DNA of 64,000 nucleotides from an uncultured virus (IMG/VR IMGVR_UViG_3300021963_000092) (IMGVR_UViG_3300021963_000092:1-64000); one strand, 5' to 3'; positions 39,278 through 49,369 are shown, counted from the stretch's first letter. Notes: generated by a model from the letters alone, not told the origin. A program made the numbers and translations.

Positions 39278-39912
39278 TGACTACCCGTATTCCGGTAAAA
39301 GCAATTTATGACGGTTCAAATGTAACCGCTTTAGGGGAATTTTTATCCGGGGATGTTGTCTCGGTATCTTACGGTGGTACAGGTGCAGAAGATGCTGCCA
39401 ACGCCAGAATTAATCTTGAAGTTGATACTGCTAATATAAGAAATAAATTTAGCGCTAGCGGAAGTTTAAGCTATTCAAGCGGTACCGGTGTCTTTAGCTC
39501 TACAGCTAATGTCGTTTCCGTTAACGATCTTACTGGTACAGTCACCTTAACTACTGCTAACATAGCCGAGTCCGGTAATTTATATTTTACCAATGCTAGG
39601 TCTATTGCTGCGCTATCAGCTGGCCAGAGTATCACTATCGATGCCAATGGAAGAATTAACTCCACAGCAACTGGTGGTGGTGCAGTCGATTCCGTTAACG
39701 GTCTTACCGGTACAGTTGTTCTTTCAACGGCTAACATAGCTGAATCCGGTAATCTATATTTTACTAATACTAGAGTTGTAGCAGCTCTAACAGCCGGACA
39801 AAGTATAACTATCGACGCTAATGGTAGAATTAACTCCACAGCAACTGGTGGTGGGGCAGAAGGAGTTACCGATCAATACGCGAGAACGTTATCTATATTA
39901 GCACTGGGGTAA
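39277..39912 (+). CDS. fibre protein sharing repeat modules with upstream ORF
   Basis: Two TANIAESGNLYFTN...AGQSITIDANGRINSTATGGG modules. Confidence 0.7.
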   Translation: MTTRIPVKAIYDGSNVTALGEFLSGDVVSVSYGGTGAEDAANARINLEVDTANIRNKFSASGSLSYSSGTGVFSSTANVVSVNDLTGTVTLTTANIAESGNLYFTNARSIAALSAGQSITIDANGRINSTATGGGAVDSVNGLTGTVVLSTANIAESGNLYFTNTRVVAALTAGQSITIDANGRINSTATGGGAEGVTDQYARTLSILALG

Positions 39913-39915
39913 ACA

Positions 39916-41259
39916 ATGACTTTTGGTGTTAATGATTTAATCAACTGTATAAATCAAGCAGCTACTCGATCTAATTTAACTGCATTAGAGATACTTCAGT
40001 TAACTGGTTCTGAATGTCAGCTTAATGATAAATGTACTGTTTTTAGTGTTGCATGTCAAGCCTCATTGCCTACCGCTTCTTGTAATACTGGTAGATTTGT
40101 ATACGTTACAAATGAATCTAAGTACTATTTTAGCACCGGGGCTGCTTGGACAAGCGATGTAAGCGGTATAACGAGCGCTGTTTGGTCGTGGGGAAATAAT
40201 AGCGATGGGCAGTTAGGAGACAATACTACGGTAAATAAATCTTCACCCGTATCTGTTGTAGGAATCTTTACAGATTGGTGTCAAGTTTCATCCGGTCTTT
40301 GTCATTCATTAGCCGTTCGTTCTAACGGTACTGCAAGGGCGTGGGGAAATAATACGTGTGGTAGATTAGGGGATAATACAACGGAAAATAAATCATCACC
40401 TGTTTCGGTAGTAGGTGGGTTTACAGATTGGTGTCAGGTTTCAGCAGGAAGAGAACATTCCCTGGGGGTACGAACCAATAGCACGGCTTGGGCTTGGGGT
40501 TGCGGTGGCAGCGGAAGATTAGGAAATAATAGTACTACTAATAGAACATCTCCTGTTTCTATCATTGCATTTTCTGACTGGTCTCGTGTATCTGCAGGAG
40601 GATTTCATTCCCTAGGTTTAAGAACTAATGGAACAATTTGGGCTTGGGGGTTTAATGACTGTGGTCAGTTGGGGAATAATAGTACATCATCTACAAGTTC
40701 ACCAGTCTCCGTAGTAGGAGGGTTTACCGATTGGTGCCAGCTATCGACCGGGTTTAAACATTCTTTAGCGATAAGAACAGGAGGCACAGCTTGGGCATGG
40801 GGCAACAATTATTACGGTCAATTAGGCGATGGCTACAGCGGCGCAGGATATACTAGATCGTCCCCTGTATCAGTAATAGGAGGATTTACAAATTGGTGTC
40901 AATTATCCGGCGGGTACATGTTTTCATTAGGTGTACGACAAAACGGAACGGCTTGGGGTTGGGGACGAGGTGCAAGCGGACAATTAGGTAATAATAGTGC
41001 CATTGGTAGTCAACCTTCACCAGTATCGGTAGTAGGGGGATTTACCGATTGGTGTAAAATAAGTGCTGGTTCTACACATTCGCTAGGATTAAGACAAAAT
41101 GGTACGCTTTGGAGTTGGGGGAACGGCGACTCCTTAGGTAATAATTGTACTACTAATCGGTCGTCACCGGTATCTGTGGTAGGCGGGTATACAGATTGGT
41201 GGGATGTATCAGGCGGGGGAAATTCTAGCTTGGCTATAAGAAAGAGTTGCGGATTTTAA
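39916..41259 (+). CDS. RCC1/BLIP-II repeat beta-propeller protein 1
   Basis: About 7 repeats of WG.N..GQLG.N.....SSPVSVVGGFTDWCQVSAG..HSL. Confidence 0.88.
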   Translation: MTFGVNDLINCINQAATRSNLTALEILQLTGSECQLNDKCTVFSVACQASLPTASCNTGRFVYVTNESKYYFSTGAAWTSDVSGITSAVWSWGNNSDGQLGDNTTVNKSSPVSVVGIFTDWCQVSSGLCHSLAVRSNGTARAWGNNTCGRLGDNTTENKSSPVSVVGGFTDWCQVSAGREHSLGVRTNSTAWAWGCGGSGRLGNNSTTNRTSPVSIIAFSDWSRVSAGGFHSLGLRTNGTIWAWGFNDCGQLGNNSTSSTSSPVSVVGGFTDWCQLSTGFKHSLAIRTGGTAWAWGNNYYGQLGDGYSGAGYTRSSPVSVIGGFTNWCQLSGGYMFSLGVRQNGTAWGWGRGASGQLGNNSAIGSQPSPVSVVGGFTDWCKISAGSTHSLGLRQNGTLWSWGNGDSLGNNCTTNRSSPVSVVGGYTDWWDVSGGGNSSLAIRKSCGF

Positions 41260-41262
41260 ACT

Positions 41263-42621
41263 ATGGATATTACTAATTTAATTTTAAAGCTTCAATCTAA
41301 AGTTAGCGATAATACCTATAATCAGTTAGCTGTAACTAAGTCAGTTGACTTAATGAAAGCAGGTCAAGTAAATCACGTAAATGCTATAGTGGATTTACCT
41401 GCGGCATCTGCATCTACTGGTAAAATGTATTATGTTAGAGGGTTGGGAATTTATTATAGTAATAGTACTAATTGGGTATCAATAGATACTATCAATCAAA
41501 TACCTCAAGGATTTATGTATGCTTGGGGGTTTAATAATGCCGGTCAATTGGGTGATAATACAGTTACACAAAGAACTTCTCCAGTGTCAGTTGTTGGTAA
41601 TTTTATAGATTGGTGTCAAGTTTCAGCAGGAACACGTAATTCACTTGCCGTGCGTACCAATGGTACTGCTTGGGGCTGGGGTCAAAACTTTTACGGTAGT
41701 TTAGGTGATAATTCTACAACATCTAGATCATCTCCTGTATCGGTTGTAGGTGGTTTTACAGATTGGTGTCAGATAAGTGCCGGGGGGTTTTTTGGTAATA
41801 ATATAAGATTCTCTTTAGGTGTAAGACAAAACGGAACTCTTTGGGCTTGGGGTTACAACGCTCAAGGTCAAATAGGTGATAGTACTACAGTAAGTAAATC
41901 ATCCCCTGTTTCTGTAGTAGGGGGATTTACTAACTGGTGTCAGGTATCAGGGGGGTCCGATTTTGCTTTAGCTGTAAGACAAAACGGTACTGCTTGGGGT
42001 TGGGGAAATAATAGTAATGGTAACTTAGGTGATAATAGTACTACTACTAGAACCTCTCCTGTATCTGTTGTAGGAGGGTTTACTGATTGGTGTCAGGTAA
42101 GCGCTGCACTCAGTCAGTCCCAACATTCCCTAGGGGTAAGACAAAATGGTACTGCATGGGCTTGGGGTAACGGTAGTAACGGAAGATTAGGTGATAATTC
42201 TACTGTTTCTAAATCCTCCCCCGTATCTGTTGTAGGGGGATTTACAGATTGGTGTCAAGTATCAGGTGGAAATAGTTTTAGTATTGGATTAAGATCAGGC
42301 GGGACCCTCTGGGCTTGGGGGTATAACGGTTCGGGTCGATTAGGTAATAATAGTACTACTGACAGTTCATCACCTGTTTCTGTAGTAGGTGGGTTTACAG
42401 ATTGGTGTCAGGCAGATGCAGGTGTTGGTAATGCTGCGGCTGTAAGAACTAACGGTACAATTTGGGGATGGGGTCAAAACAACTACGGTCAATTAGGTGA
42501 AGGGCTTCAAGCCTTCAGTAGATCATCCCCTGTATCAGTAATAGGGGGATTAACTAATTGGTGTCAAGTTTCAGCAGGTTTTGGCCATGTGCTAGGTATA
42601 AGGTATAATTTAGACTCATGA
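41263..42621 (+). CDS. RCC1/BLIP-II repeat beta-propeller protein 2
   Basis: Same repeat consensus. Confidence 0.88.
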   Translation: MDITNLILKLQSKVSDNTYNQLAVTKSVDLMKAGQVNHVNAIVDLPAASASTGKMYYVRGLGIYYSNSTNWVSIDTINQIPQGFMYAWGFNNAGQLGDNTVTQRTSPVSVVGNFIDWCQVSAGTRNSLAVRTNGTAWGWGQNFYGSLGDNSTTSRSSPVSVVGGFTDWCQISAGGFFGNNIRFSLGVRQNGTLWAWGYNAQGQIGDSTTVSKSSPVSVVGGFTNWCQVSGGSDFALAVRQNGTAWGWGNNSNGNLGDNSTTTRTSPVSVVGGFTDWCQVSAALSQSQHSLGVRQNGTAWAWGNGSNGRLGDNSTVSKSSPVSVVGGFTDWCQVSGGNSFSIGLRSGGTLWAWGYNGSGRLGNNSTTDSSSPVSVVGGFTDWCQADAGVGNAAAVRTNGTIWGWGQNNYGQLGEGLQAFSRSSPVSVIGGLTNWCQVSAGFGHVLGIRYNLDS

Positions 42622-43994
42622 ACATAAACAACCTACAAGTACAGTTTCAATCTGCTGTTGAGAGTGCCAATACATTGGCTGCAGCGGATAACGTTAATTC
42701 TACCATGTACTATATTGAGCTTGCTAAGGCAGCTCAAACTTTCAACATGGGTCAAATTAGAACAATAGATCAAACCTGCAATTTACCCAACGTTTCAGTA
42801 CATGAAGGTTGGCTGTACTTTGTGCAGAATGTAGATCGTTTATATTTTAGTAACGGTAATGTTTGGTCACAAGTTTCACCTGATCCTGTTTATAATAATG
42901 TTGCATATGCTTGGGGTAGAAATAATTGCGGTCAGTTAGGAGATAATACTGTTGTTAGTAAATCATCACCGGTATCAGTAGTGGGAGGAGTTACTAGCTG
43001 GTGTCAAGTAAGCGCTGGTTATAACCACACGCTAGCAGTCAGAACTAACGGTACAGCATGGGGATGGGGTAACGGTGTCGGAGGTAGACTAGGGGATAAT
43101 ACTGAAGTAGCTAAATCCTCGCCCGTATCAGTGGTCGGGGGGTTTACAGACTGGTGTCAGGTTTCTGCTGGTAATTTTACCAGTCTAGGTGTAAGATCTA
43201 ACGGTACTGCTTGGGGATGGGGTTATCGTGATAATGGGGGTTTAGGTAATAATACCGGTTCCGGTGCTGTTGTTTTATCCCCTGTTTCCGTTGTAGGGGG
43301 CTTTACCGATTGGTGTCAAGTTGCCGCGACACCGAGCGGACCCGGAAGAGGTCATGGTGTAAAACAAGATGGTACACTTTGGTCGTGGGGATATAACGGT
43401 CAGGGTCAATTAGGGGACAATACTAATGTTAATAAATCATCGCCGGTATCAGTAGTAGGGGGATTTACTAATTGGTGTCAGGTGAGCACAGGTTATTTTA
43501 CTGCCGCTGTAAGACAAGACGGTACTCTTTATGCATGGGGAGATAATACGGCTGGTAGATTAGGTGATAATACAATAGTAAGTAAGAGATCGCCCGTGTC
43601 TGTTGTAGGTGGTTTTACTGATTGGTGTCAAGTCAGCGCCAGTACGCATGCTTTAGCGGTGAGAACTAATGGAACAGCATGGTCATGGGGTTGCGGAACC
43701 TCAGGTAGGCTAGGTAATAATTGTACTACTAATAGATCATCCCCTGTTTCCGTAGTAGGGGGCTTTACCGATTGGTGTCAAGTTTCCGCTGGCTATAGAA
43801 AAAGTATGGGGTTAAGACAAAACGGTACTGTATGGTCATGGGGGGAGTCATATAATGGTAGTCTAGGAGATAATGGTACTAGCAACCAATCCTCGCCAGT
43901 CTCTGTTGTAGGTGGTTTTACTGACTGGGCGATCATCAGCGACCCCCAACATTACTACCATGCGCTAGCAATAAGAAGCACACGAATATCATAA
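42618..43994 (+). CDS. RCC1/BLIP-II repeat beta-propeller protein 3
   Basis: Same repeat consensus. Confidence 0.88.
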   Translation: MNINNLQVQFQSAVESANTLAAADNVNSTMYYIELAKAAQTFNMGQIRTIDQTCNLPNVSVHEGWLYFVQNVDRLYFSNGNVWSQVSPDPVYNNVAYAWGRNNCGQLGDNTVVSKSSPVSVVGGVTSWCQVSAGYNHTLAVRTNGTAWGWGNGVGGRLGDNTEVAKSSPVSVVGGFTDWCQVSAGNFTSLGVRSNGTAWGWGYRDNGGLGNNTGSGAVVLSPVSVVGGFTDWCQVAATPSGPGRGHGVKQDGTLWSWGYNGQGQLGDNTNVNKSSPVSVVGGFTNWCQVSTGYFTAAVRQDGTLYAWGDNTAGRLGDNTIVSKRSPVSVVGGFTDWCQVSASTHALAVRTNGTAWSWGCGTSGRLGNNCTTNRSSPVSVVGGFTDWCQVSAGYRKSMGLRQNGTVWSWGESYNGSLGDNGTSNQSSPVSVVGGFTDWAIISDPQHYYHALAIRSTRIS

Positions 43995-44029
43995 TAAACA
44001 CTAAATAAATAATATCAGGAGATAAAAAC

Positions 44030-44653
44030 ATGTATGCGGTAATTTATGACAATAGAGTGCTGGTGGGTCCAATGAATTGGAATCGCGGCATGTTTCAAGG
44101 TACATTAGAGCGTCAAGGTATACAGTACCCCCTACCAAGAACTGCCCCAGATACCCTACCATTAATAATTAATGATCATGCTAAAATCATGAGTGTAGAT
44201 GAAGTTAGACCGGAAATGAATCCGCTTGTAGAATACTACTATGGCCCGCTTTGGAACATTACTGATGATGTGGTCATAGCTAATTACGAAGTTCATGACT
44301 CACCGATTGATTCTATGAGATACAATTTAAAACAAGTTGCAGCTCAAGAAAGATATAAAAGAGAAGTTTTAGGTACAACAGCAACAATTCAAGATAAGAC
44401 AGTGACTATTGATACCAATCGAGGGGCGCGTGATATCTTTGTTCAAAAATACTTACTAATGGCTAATAGTGATACTGTAAATTGGAAATTTCCTGAAGGT
44501 TGGCTAACTTTGACCAAGCAAGAGCTAGGATTAGTTGTACAAGCAGGTAATCAGTATATTCAATCTTGCTTTGATTGGGAGTTAAATATCTCAGATCAAA
44601 TAGATACTGCTGATACTAAAGAAGAATTGTTGGCCATCACCATAGTTGAGTAA
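44030..44653 (+). CDS. DUF4376-like protein (possible fibre assembly/adaptor)
   Basis: A.ERY.RE..G, VNWKF...W.TL...EL, Q.CFDWE; AGGAG RBS; central in the RCC1 array. Confidence 0.6.
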   Translation: MYAVIYDNRVLVGPMNWNRGMFQGTLERQGIQYPLPRTAPDTLPLIINDHAKIMSVDEVRPEMNPLVEYYYGPLWNITDDVVIANYEVHDSPIDSMRYNLKQVAAQERYKREVLGTTATIQDKTVTIDTNRGARDIFVQKYLLMANSDTVNWKFPEGWLTLTKQELGLVVQAGNQYIQSCFDWELNISDQIDTADTKEELLAITIVE

Positions 44654-44655
44654 TT

Positions 44656-46059
44656 ATGCCAACGGTAAATGCTAGCTGTATATTATCTAAATTAAATACT
44701 CAATTATGCAGACCGTATAATCTGGTGGATTATACCCCTGACGATATTCTAGCGTATGCTTTGTCTGGTAACAACTTAAACGACATCAGTATTATCACTG
44801 CTGCAGATAAGTATAGTTTACCGTATCTTTATTATGGTAGTAATATATTACCCGATGGAATGGTATATTATGTTGAATCGTTAGGTATTATTGCTGTAAG
44901 TTCAGGTAATACTTGGCTTGCGCTGGATGGTACAGTTTTAAGAACAGACGCGCAATACAATAATGCAGTTTGGGCGTGGGGTTGTAATAGTGTAGGGCAG
45001 TTCGGAGATAATTGTACAGAATCGAGGTCGTCACCTGTTTCCACAATAGGAGGATTTACCGATTGGGGTCAAGTGAGCGCAGGTTGTCAGCATACGCTTG
45101 GTTTACGTAATAATGGGGTCCTTTATGCTTGGGGGTCTGGAGAAGCTGGTAGATTAGGTAACAATTGTACTACTAGTAGATCCTCTCCTGTATCTGTAGT
45201 AGGAGGATTCACTGACTGGTGTAATATTAGTGCAGGGCATAGATTTTCTGTTGGTATACGGCAGAACGGTACTGCTTGGGGATGGGGGTATAACTATCAG
45301 GGGGCATTGGGGGACAATACTAATGCTAATAAATCATCGCCAGTTTCAGTAGTAGGTGGGTTTACCGATTGGTGTCAAATTTCAGGTAACAGAACCGGTA
45401 CCTCCAACAGAAACACCACATTAGCCGTAAGACAGAACGGTACAGCATGGGGGTGGGGGTTAAACGATCGAGGGCAGTTAGGCGATGGTACGACAACTAG
45501 TCGTCGATCCCCTGTTTCCGTAACAGGGGGGATTTTTAACTGGTGTCAGGTATCAGCAGGTGCCCAGCATTCTTTAGGTTTAATTCAAACCGGGGTCCTT
45601 TATGCATGGGGGTATGGGAGTTCAGGTAGGCTGGGTAATAATAACACAGTAAGTTGCTTATCCCCTGTTACAGTGGTAGGTGGTTTTACTGACTGGTGTA
45701 ATATTAGCGCTGGCTATGATCATTCAGCAGCAGTGAGAACTAACGGTACCCTTTGGACATGGGGAGCAAGTGGTTCGGGTCAGTTAGGAAATAATTGCAG
45801 TCCATACGGGACGAATCGCTCATCCCCGGTTTCCGTGGTAGGGGGATTTACTAACTGGGGTCAGGTATCTGCCGGCTGCCGATATAATATAGCTGTACAA
45901 CAAGGGGGGACTGCCTGGGCGTGGGGAAATAATGACTACGGCCAACTCGGTACAAACAATAATACCAGCAGGTCCTCACCTGTATCAGTTGTAGGTATCA
46001 ATAACTGGTTTCAAGTAACCACCGGTGGTAGACTTAGCGTAGGAATTACATTCGATTAA
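44656..46059 (+). CDS. RCC1/BLIP-II repeat beta-propeller protein 4
   Basis: Same repeat consensus. Confidence 0.88.
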   Translation: MPTVNASCILSKLNTQLCRPYNLVDYTPDDILAYALSGNNLNDISIITAADKYSLPYLYYGSNILPDGMVYYVESLGIIAVSSGNTWLALDGTVLRTDAQYNNAVWAWGCNSVGQFGDNCTESRSSPVSTIGGFTDWGQVSAGCQHTLGLRNNGVLYAWGSGEAGRLGNNCTTSRSSPVSVVGGFTDWCNISAGHRFSVGIRQNGTAWGWGYNYQGALGDNTNANKSSPVSVVGGFTDWCQISGNRTGTSNRNTTLAVRQNGTAWGWGLNDRGQLGDGTTTSRRSPVSVTGGIFNWCQVSAGAQHSLGLIQTGVLYAWGYGSSGRLGNNNTVSCLSPVTVVGGFTDWCNISAGYDHSAAVRTNGTLWTWGASGSGQLGNNCSPYGTNRSSPVSVVGGFTNWGQVSAGCRYNIAVQQGGTAWAWGNNDYGQLGTNNNTSRSSPVSVVGINNWFQVTTGGRLSVGITFD

Positions 46060-46061
46060 AT

Positions 46062-47417
46062 ATGATTAATACTCAACCGCTTATAGATAAAATATGCAGC
46101 CTGCTATGCGCAGGAGGCTTAACCTCTTTGCAGTGCTGCCAAGCAGAAAACGCACTTACTATTCTGTGCCAGCCAGTTTTTAAAGTTTCTACTTGCACCA
46201 ATCTACCTAACGCTACTACTTATAATGGTAGAATGGTATATGTGGATGATGAAAACAAATATTACTACGCTGTTCAAGGGGCGTGGAACAGCGATTTTTC
46301 AACCTTTTCGCATGCGGTAAGCTGTCAGGCATATGTATGGGGACGTAACTATAATGGTGTGTTAGGAGATAATACTACTGTAAATAAATCTTCGCCAATT
46401 TCCGTATTAGGAGGCTTTACCGATTGGCGTCAGGTGTCAGCCGGTTATCAACACTCTTTAGGGTTAAGAACTAATGGTGTGTTGTATGCTTGGGGATGCA
46501 ATGGCCAGGGGCGATTAGGTGATAATTGTACTACTAACAGATCATCACCGGTTTCTGTTGTAGGATTTACTGACTGGTGTCAAGCGGCCGCCGGGAGAAA
46601 TTCTACTTTAGCAGTAAGAACTAATGGTTCGGCTTGGGCTTGGGGTAGTAACGAAAGTGGTCAACTAGGTGATAATACTACTGTTAGCAAATCCTCGCCT
46701 GTATCAGTTGTGGGTGGCTTCACCGACTGGTGTCAAATAAGTTCTGGTTACAAGTATTCTTTAGCATTAAGATCAGGCGGGACCCTCTGGGCTTGGGGGT
46801 ATAACGGTTCGGGTCGATTAGGTGATAATAGTGCTACTAATAGATCATCACCGGTTTCTGTGGTAGGAGGATTTACTGACTGGTGTAATATTAGCGCTGG
46901 CCATACGCATTCAGCAGCAGTAAGAACAAATGGGACTGCCTTTGCCTGGGGGCGTAATAATTACTGGCAGATAGGTAACGGGGGTAACACTAGTGCCTCA
47001 TCTCCTACCCAGGTGTCAACATATACTGATTGGATTCAGGTTAGCGCGGGTAATAATTTTACGTTAGGGGTAAGATCAAACGGGACTGCCTGGGGATGGG
47101 GATCCACGCGTTACGGTCAGATAGGTGTTAATAAAGGGGGTAATTATTGTTGTATTACCCCTGCTTCAATAGTAGGTGGTTTCACCGATTGGTGTCGGGC
47201 TTCAGCAGGCTTTCGGCATTCCCTGGGGGTTCGAACCAATGGTACAGCTTGGGCTTGGGGGGATAATAATTACGGTCAGTTGGGGAATAATGCTACAGGA
47301 GATTTATCATCTCCTGTTTCTGTTGTAGGTGGTTTTACTAACTGGGCCCAAGTTAGTGCGGGTCGAAGATTCTCACTAGGCAGAACAATAGCAACAGTCC
47401 CACTGCAGAGTATATAA
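46062..47417 (+). CDS. RCC1/BLIP-II repeat beta-propeller protein 5
   Basis: Same repeat consensus; Cys-rich N-terminus. Confidence 0.88.
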   Translation: MINTQPLIDKICSLLCAGGLTSLQCCQAENALTILCQPVFKVSTCTNLPNATTYNGRMVYVDDENKYYYAVQGAWNSDFSTFSHAVSCQAYVWGRNYNGVLGDNTTVNKSSPISVLGGFTDWRQVSAGYQHSLGLRTNGVLYAWGCNGQGRLGDNCTTNRSSPVSVVGFTDWCQAAAGRNSTLAVRTNGSAWAWGSNESGQLGDNTTVSKSSPVSVVGGFTDWCQISSGYKYSLALRSGGTLWAWGYNGSGRLGDNSATNRSSPVSVVGGFTDWCNISAGHTHSAAVRTNGTAFAWGRNNYWQIGNGGNTSASSPTQVSTYTDWIQVSAGNNFTLGVRSNGTAWGWGSTRYGQIGVNKGGNYCCITPASIVGGFTDWCRASAGFRHSLGVRTNGTAWAWGDNNYGQLGNNATGDLSSPVSVVGGFTNWAQVSAGRRFSLGRTIATVPLQSI

Positions 47418-47418
47418 A

Positions 47419-48768
47419 ATGCCAACACTCAGTGAAATTCAAACTTGTATAACAAATTTAACAGCCAACTCTGAAGTAACCGAGATGGTTGTACTCGCTG
47501 CTGAAACTAGCAATGCTACTACTAATCGTTCAATAGTAGTGTCTGATACGGGTGATTTACCTGATCAAGCTACTAATAGTATTTCAGTAGGTACAGTAAT
47601 ATTTGTACAATCTCTCTGTATACCGGTAGTAGCCGGTGCTGGTTGTTGGATGTCTCTAGACAACCGTATTTTACGACAGGACTGTACGTCAGGTCAAGCG
47701 TGGGGGTGGGGTGACAATTATCGAGGCAAACTCGGGTTGGGCGATGTTAATGATAGATCCTCCCCCGTTTCGGTTGCAGGTGGTTTTACTGACTGGTATG
47801 ATATAAGCGCCGGTGTTAATCATTCATTGGCAGTTAGAAATAACGGCACCGCATGGAGTTGGGGGCAGTATGGTAGCGGAAATTTAGGTGATAATTGTAA
47901 TTTACATAGATCCTCCCCAGTCTCCGTAGTAGGAGGTTTTACCGATTGGTGTCAGGTATCTGCATTCTGTCATTCCTTAGGTTTAAGAGAGAATGGTACT
48001 CTTTGGGCATGGGGGTTTGGTAATTATGGTGTGTTAGGTAATAACAGTACTAATATACCACGATCATCCCCGGTTTCTGTGGTAGGAGGGTTTACTGACT
48101 GGTGTCAAGTAAGTGCCGGATTTAAGTTTTCCCTTGCACTAAGAACTAATGGTACGGTGTGGAGTTGGGGTTGTGCTACTGACGGTCAACTAGGTGATAA
48201 TACTACTGTTAGCAAATCCTCGCCTGTATCAGTTGTGGGTGGCTTCACCGACTGGTGTCAAATAAGTGCTGGCGGTGGTCATTCATTAGCCGTAAGACAG
48301 AACGGTACAGCATGGGGGTGGGGAAGGAATAACTGCGGACAGATAGGCGATAATACAACTACTAGCCGCTCATCACCTGTATCTATCATAGGAGGCTTTA
48401 GTAATTGGAGTCAAGTAAGTGCTGGGTATTGTCATTCGCTAGGTATTGTAGGTAATAGTAGCCTACTGGCCTGGGGTCGTAATGCCAATGGTCAGTTAGG
48501 GGATAATAGTGCTACTGATAGAACATCACCGGTTTCCGTGGTAGGAGGATTTACTGACTGGTGTCAAATAAGCGCAGGTAAATACGGTCATTCGTTAGCA
48601 GTAAGACGAAATGGAACAGCTTGGGCTTGGGGTAATAACGCCGACGGTATGTTAGGGGAAAACCAGTCATCATCAAGATCATCGCCCGTTTCTGTCGTAG
48701 GGGGTTCTGTTGGCTGGTACGAAGTAAGTGCTGGAAGATTACACTCACTTGGTATTCAAAAGTATTGA
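47419..48768 (+). CDS. RCC1/BLIP-II repeat beta-propeller protein 6
   Basis: Same repeat consensus. Confidence 0.88.
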   Translation: MPTLSEIQTCITNLTANSEVTEMVVLAAETSNATTNRSIVVSDTGDLPDQATNSISVGTVIFVQSLCIPVVAGAGCWMSLDNRILRQDCTSGQAWGWGDNYRGKLGLGDVNDRSSPVSVAGGFTDWYDISAGVNHSLAVRNNGTAWSWGQYGSGNLGDNCNLHRSSPVSVVGGFTDWCQVSAFCHSLGLRENGTLWAWGFGNYGVLGNNSTNIPRSSPVSVVGGFTDWCQVSAGFKFSLALRTNGTVWSWGCATDGQLGDNTTVSKSSPVSVVGGFTDWCQISAGGGHSLAVRQNGTAWGWGRNNCGQIGDNTTTSRSSPVSIIGGFSNWSQVSAGYCHSLGIVGNSSLLAWGRNANGQLGDNSATDRTSPVSVVGGFTDWCQISAGKYGHSLAVRRNGTAWAWGNNADGMLGENQSSSRSSPVSVVGGSVGWYEVSAGRLHSLGIQKY

Positions 48769-48793
48769 TTTTTAATAAAATATACTATATAAT
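48765..48793 (+). promoter_or_regulatory. sigma70-like promoter for the enzyme cassette
   Basis: TTGATT-N17-TATAAT. Confidence 0.6.
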
Positions 48794-48823
48794 TTAATTT
48801 GTTATTTTTACTTGGATAAAATT

Positions 48824-49369
48824 ATGAAGATTAATATTGGTGCAGGGTCAACAAAAATTGAAGGTTTCGTAACCTGTGATTATGATGCTAGAGAAAATCC
48901 AGATTATTGTTTTAATTTAGAAAAAGATCCTTTCCCCTTCCCGGACAATTCCGTCGAAGTAGTTGTAGCCCATCATGTATTAGAGCATCTAGGAGAGGGC
49001 TACTTCCATTGCTTGCAAGAACTGTATCGAGTCTGCAAGCACGGTGCTACTATCGATATACGTGTACCCCATCATCGACACGATTACTTCTACGACGATC
49101 CCACTCATCGTAGACCAGTAACTGTTGGTGGTCTGCTTTTATTTAGTAAAAAACACAACAGACTGTGCGAAGAGCAGGGCGCTGCTTCTTCGAGATTAGG
49201 TTTTTATTTTGGTGTTGATTTTGAGATTTTAGACTGGAATTACATACCTTCTAAAGAATTTAAAGATCAGTTTGTAGGCATGCCGCGAAATGAAGTAGAA
49301 GCTTATTTAAAACAACATAATAATATTATTGAAGAATTGTGGGTGAAACTTGTCGTCATTAAAGAATAA
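48824..49369 (+). CDS. class I SAM-dependent methyltransferase
   Basis: KINIGAG, FPFPDNSV, HHVLEHL, ELYRVCK.GA, DPTH; ATG 48824 (alternative TTG 48812). Confidence 0.82.
   Translation: MKINIGAGSTKIEGFVTCDYDARENPDYCFNLEKDPFPFPDNSVEVVVAHHVLEHLGEGYFHCLQELYRVCKHGATIDIRVPHHRHDYFYDDPTHRRPVTVGGLLLFSKKHNRLCEEQGAASSRLGFYFGVDFEILDWNYIPSKEFKDQFVGMPRNEVEAYLKQHNNIIEELWVKLVVIKE

Noticed and set aside
38072..48768. Diversity-generating retroelement (Mtd-like N-terminal domain plus near-identical repeats)
   Set aside because: No reverse transcriptase in the window, both repeat copies are coding, and differences between copies are not confined to adenines
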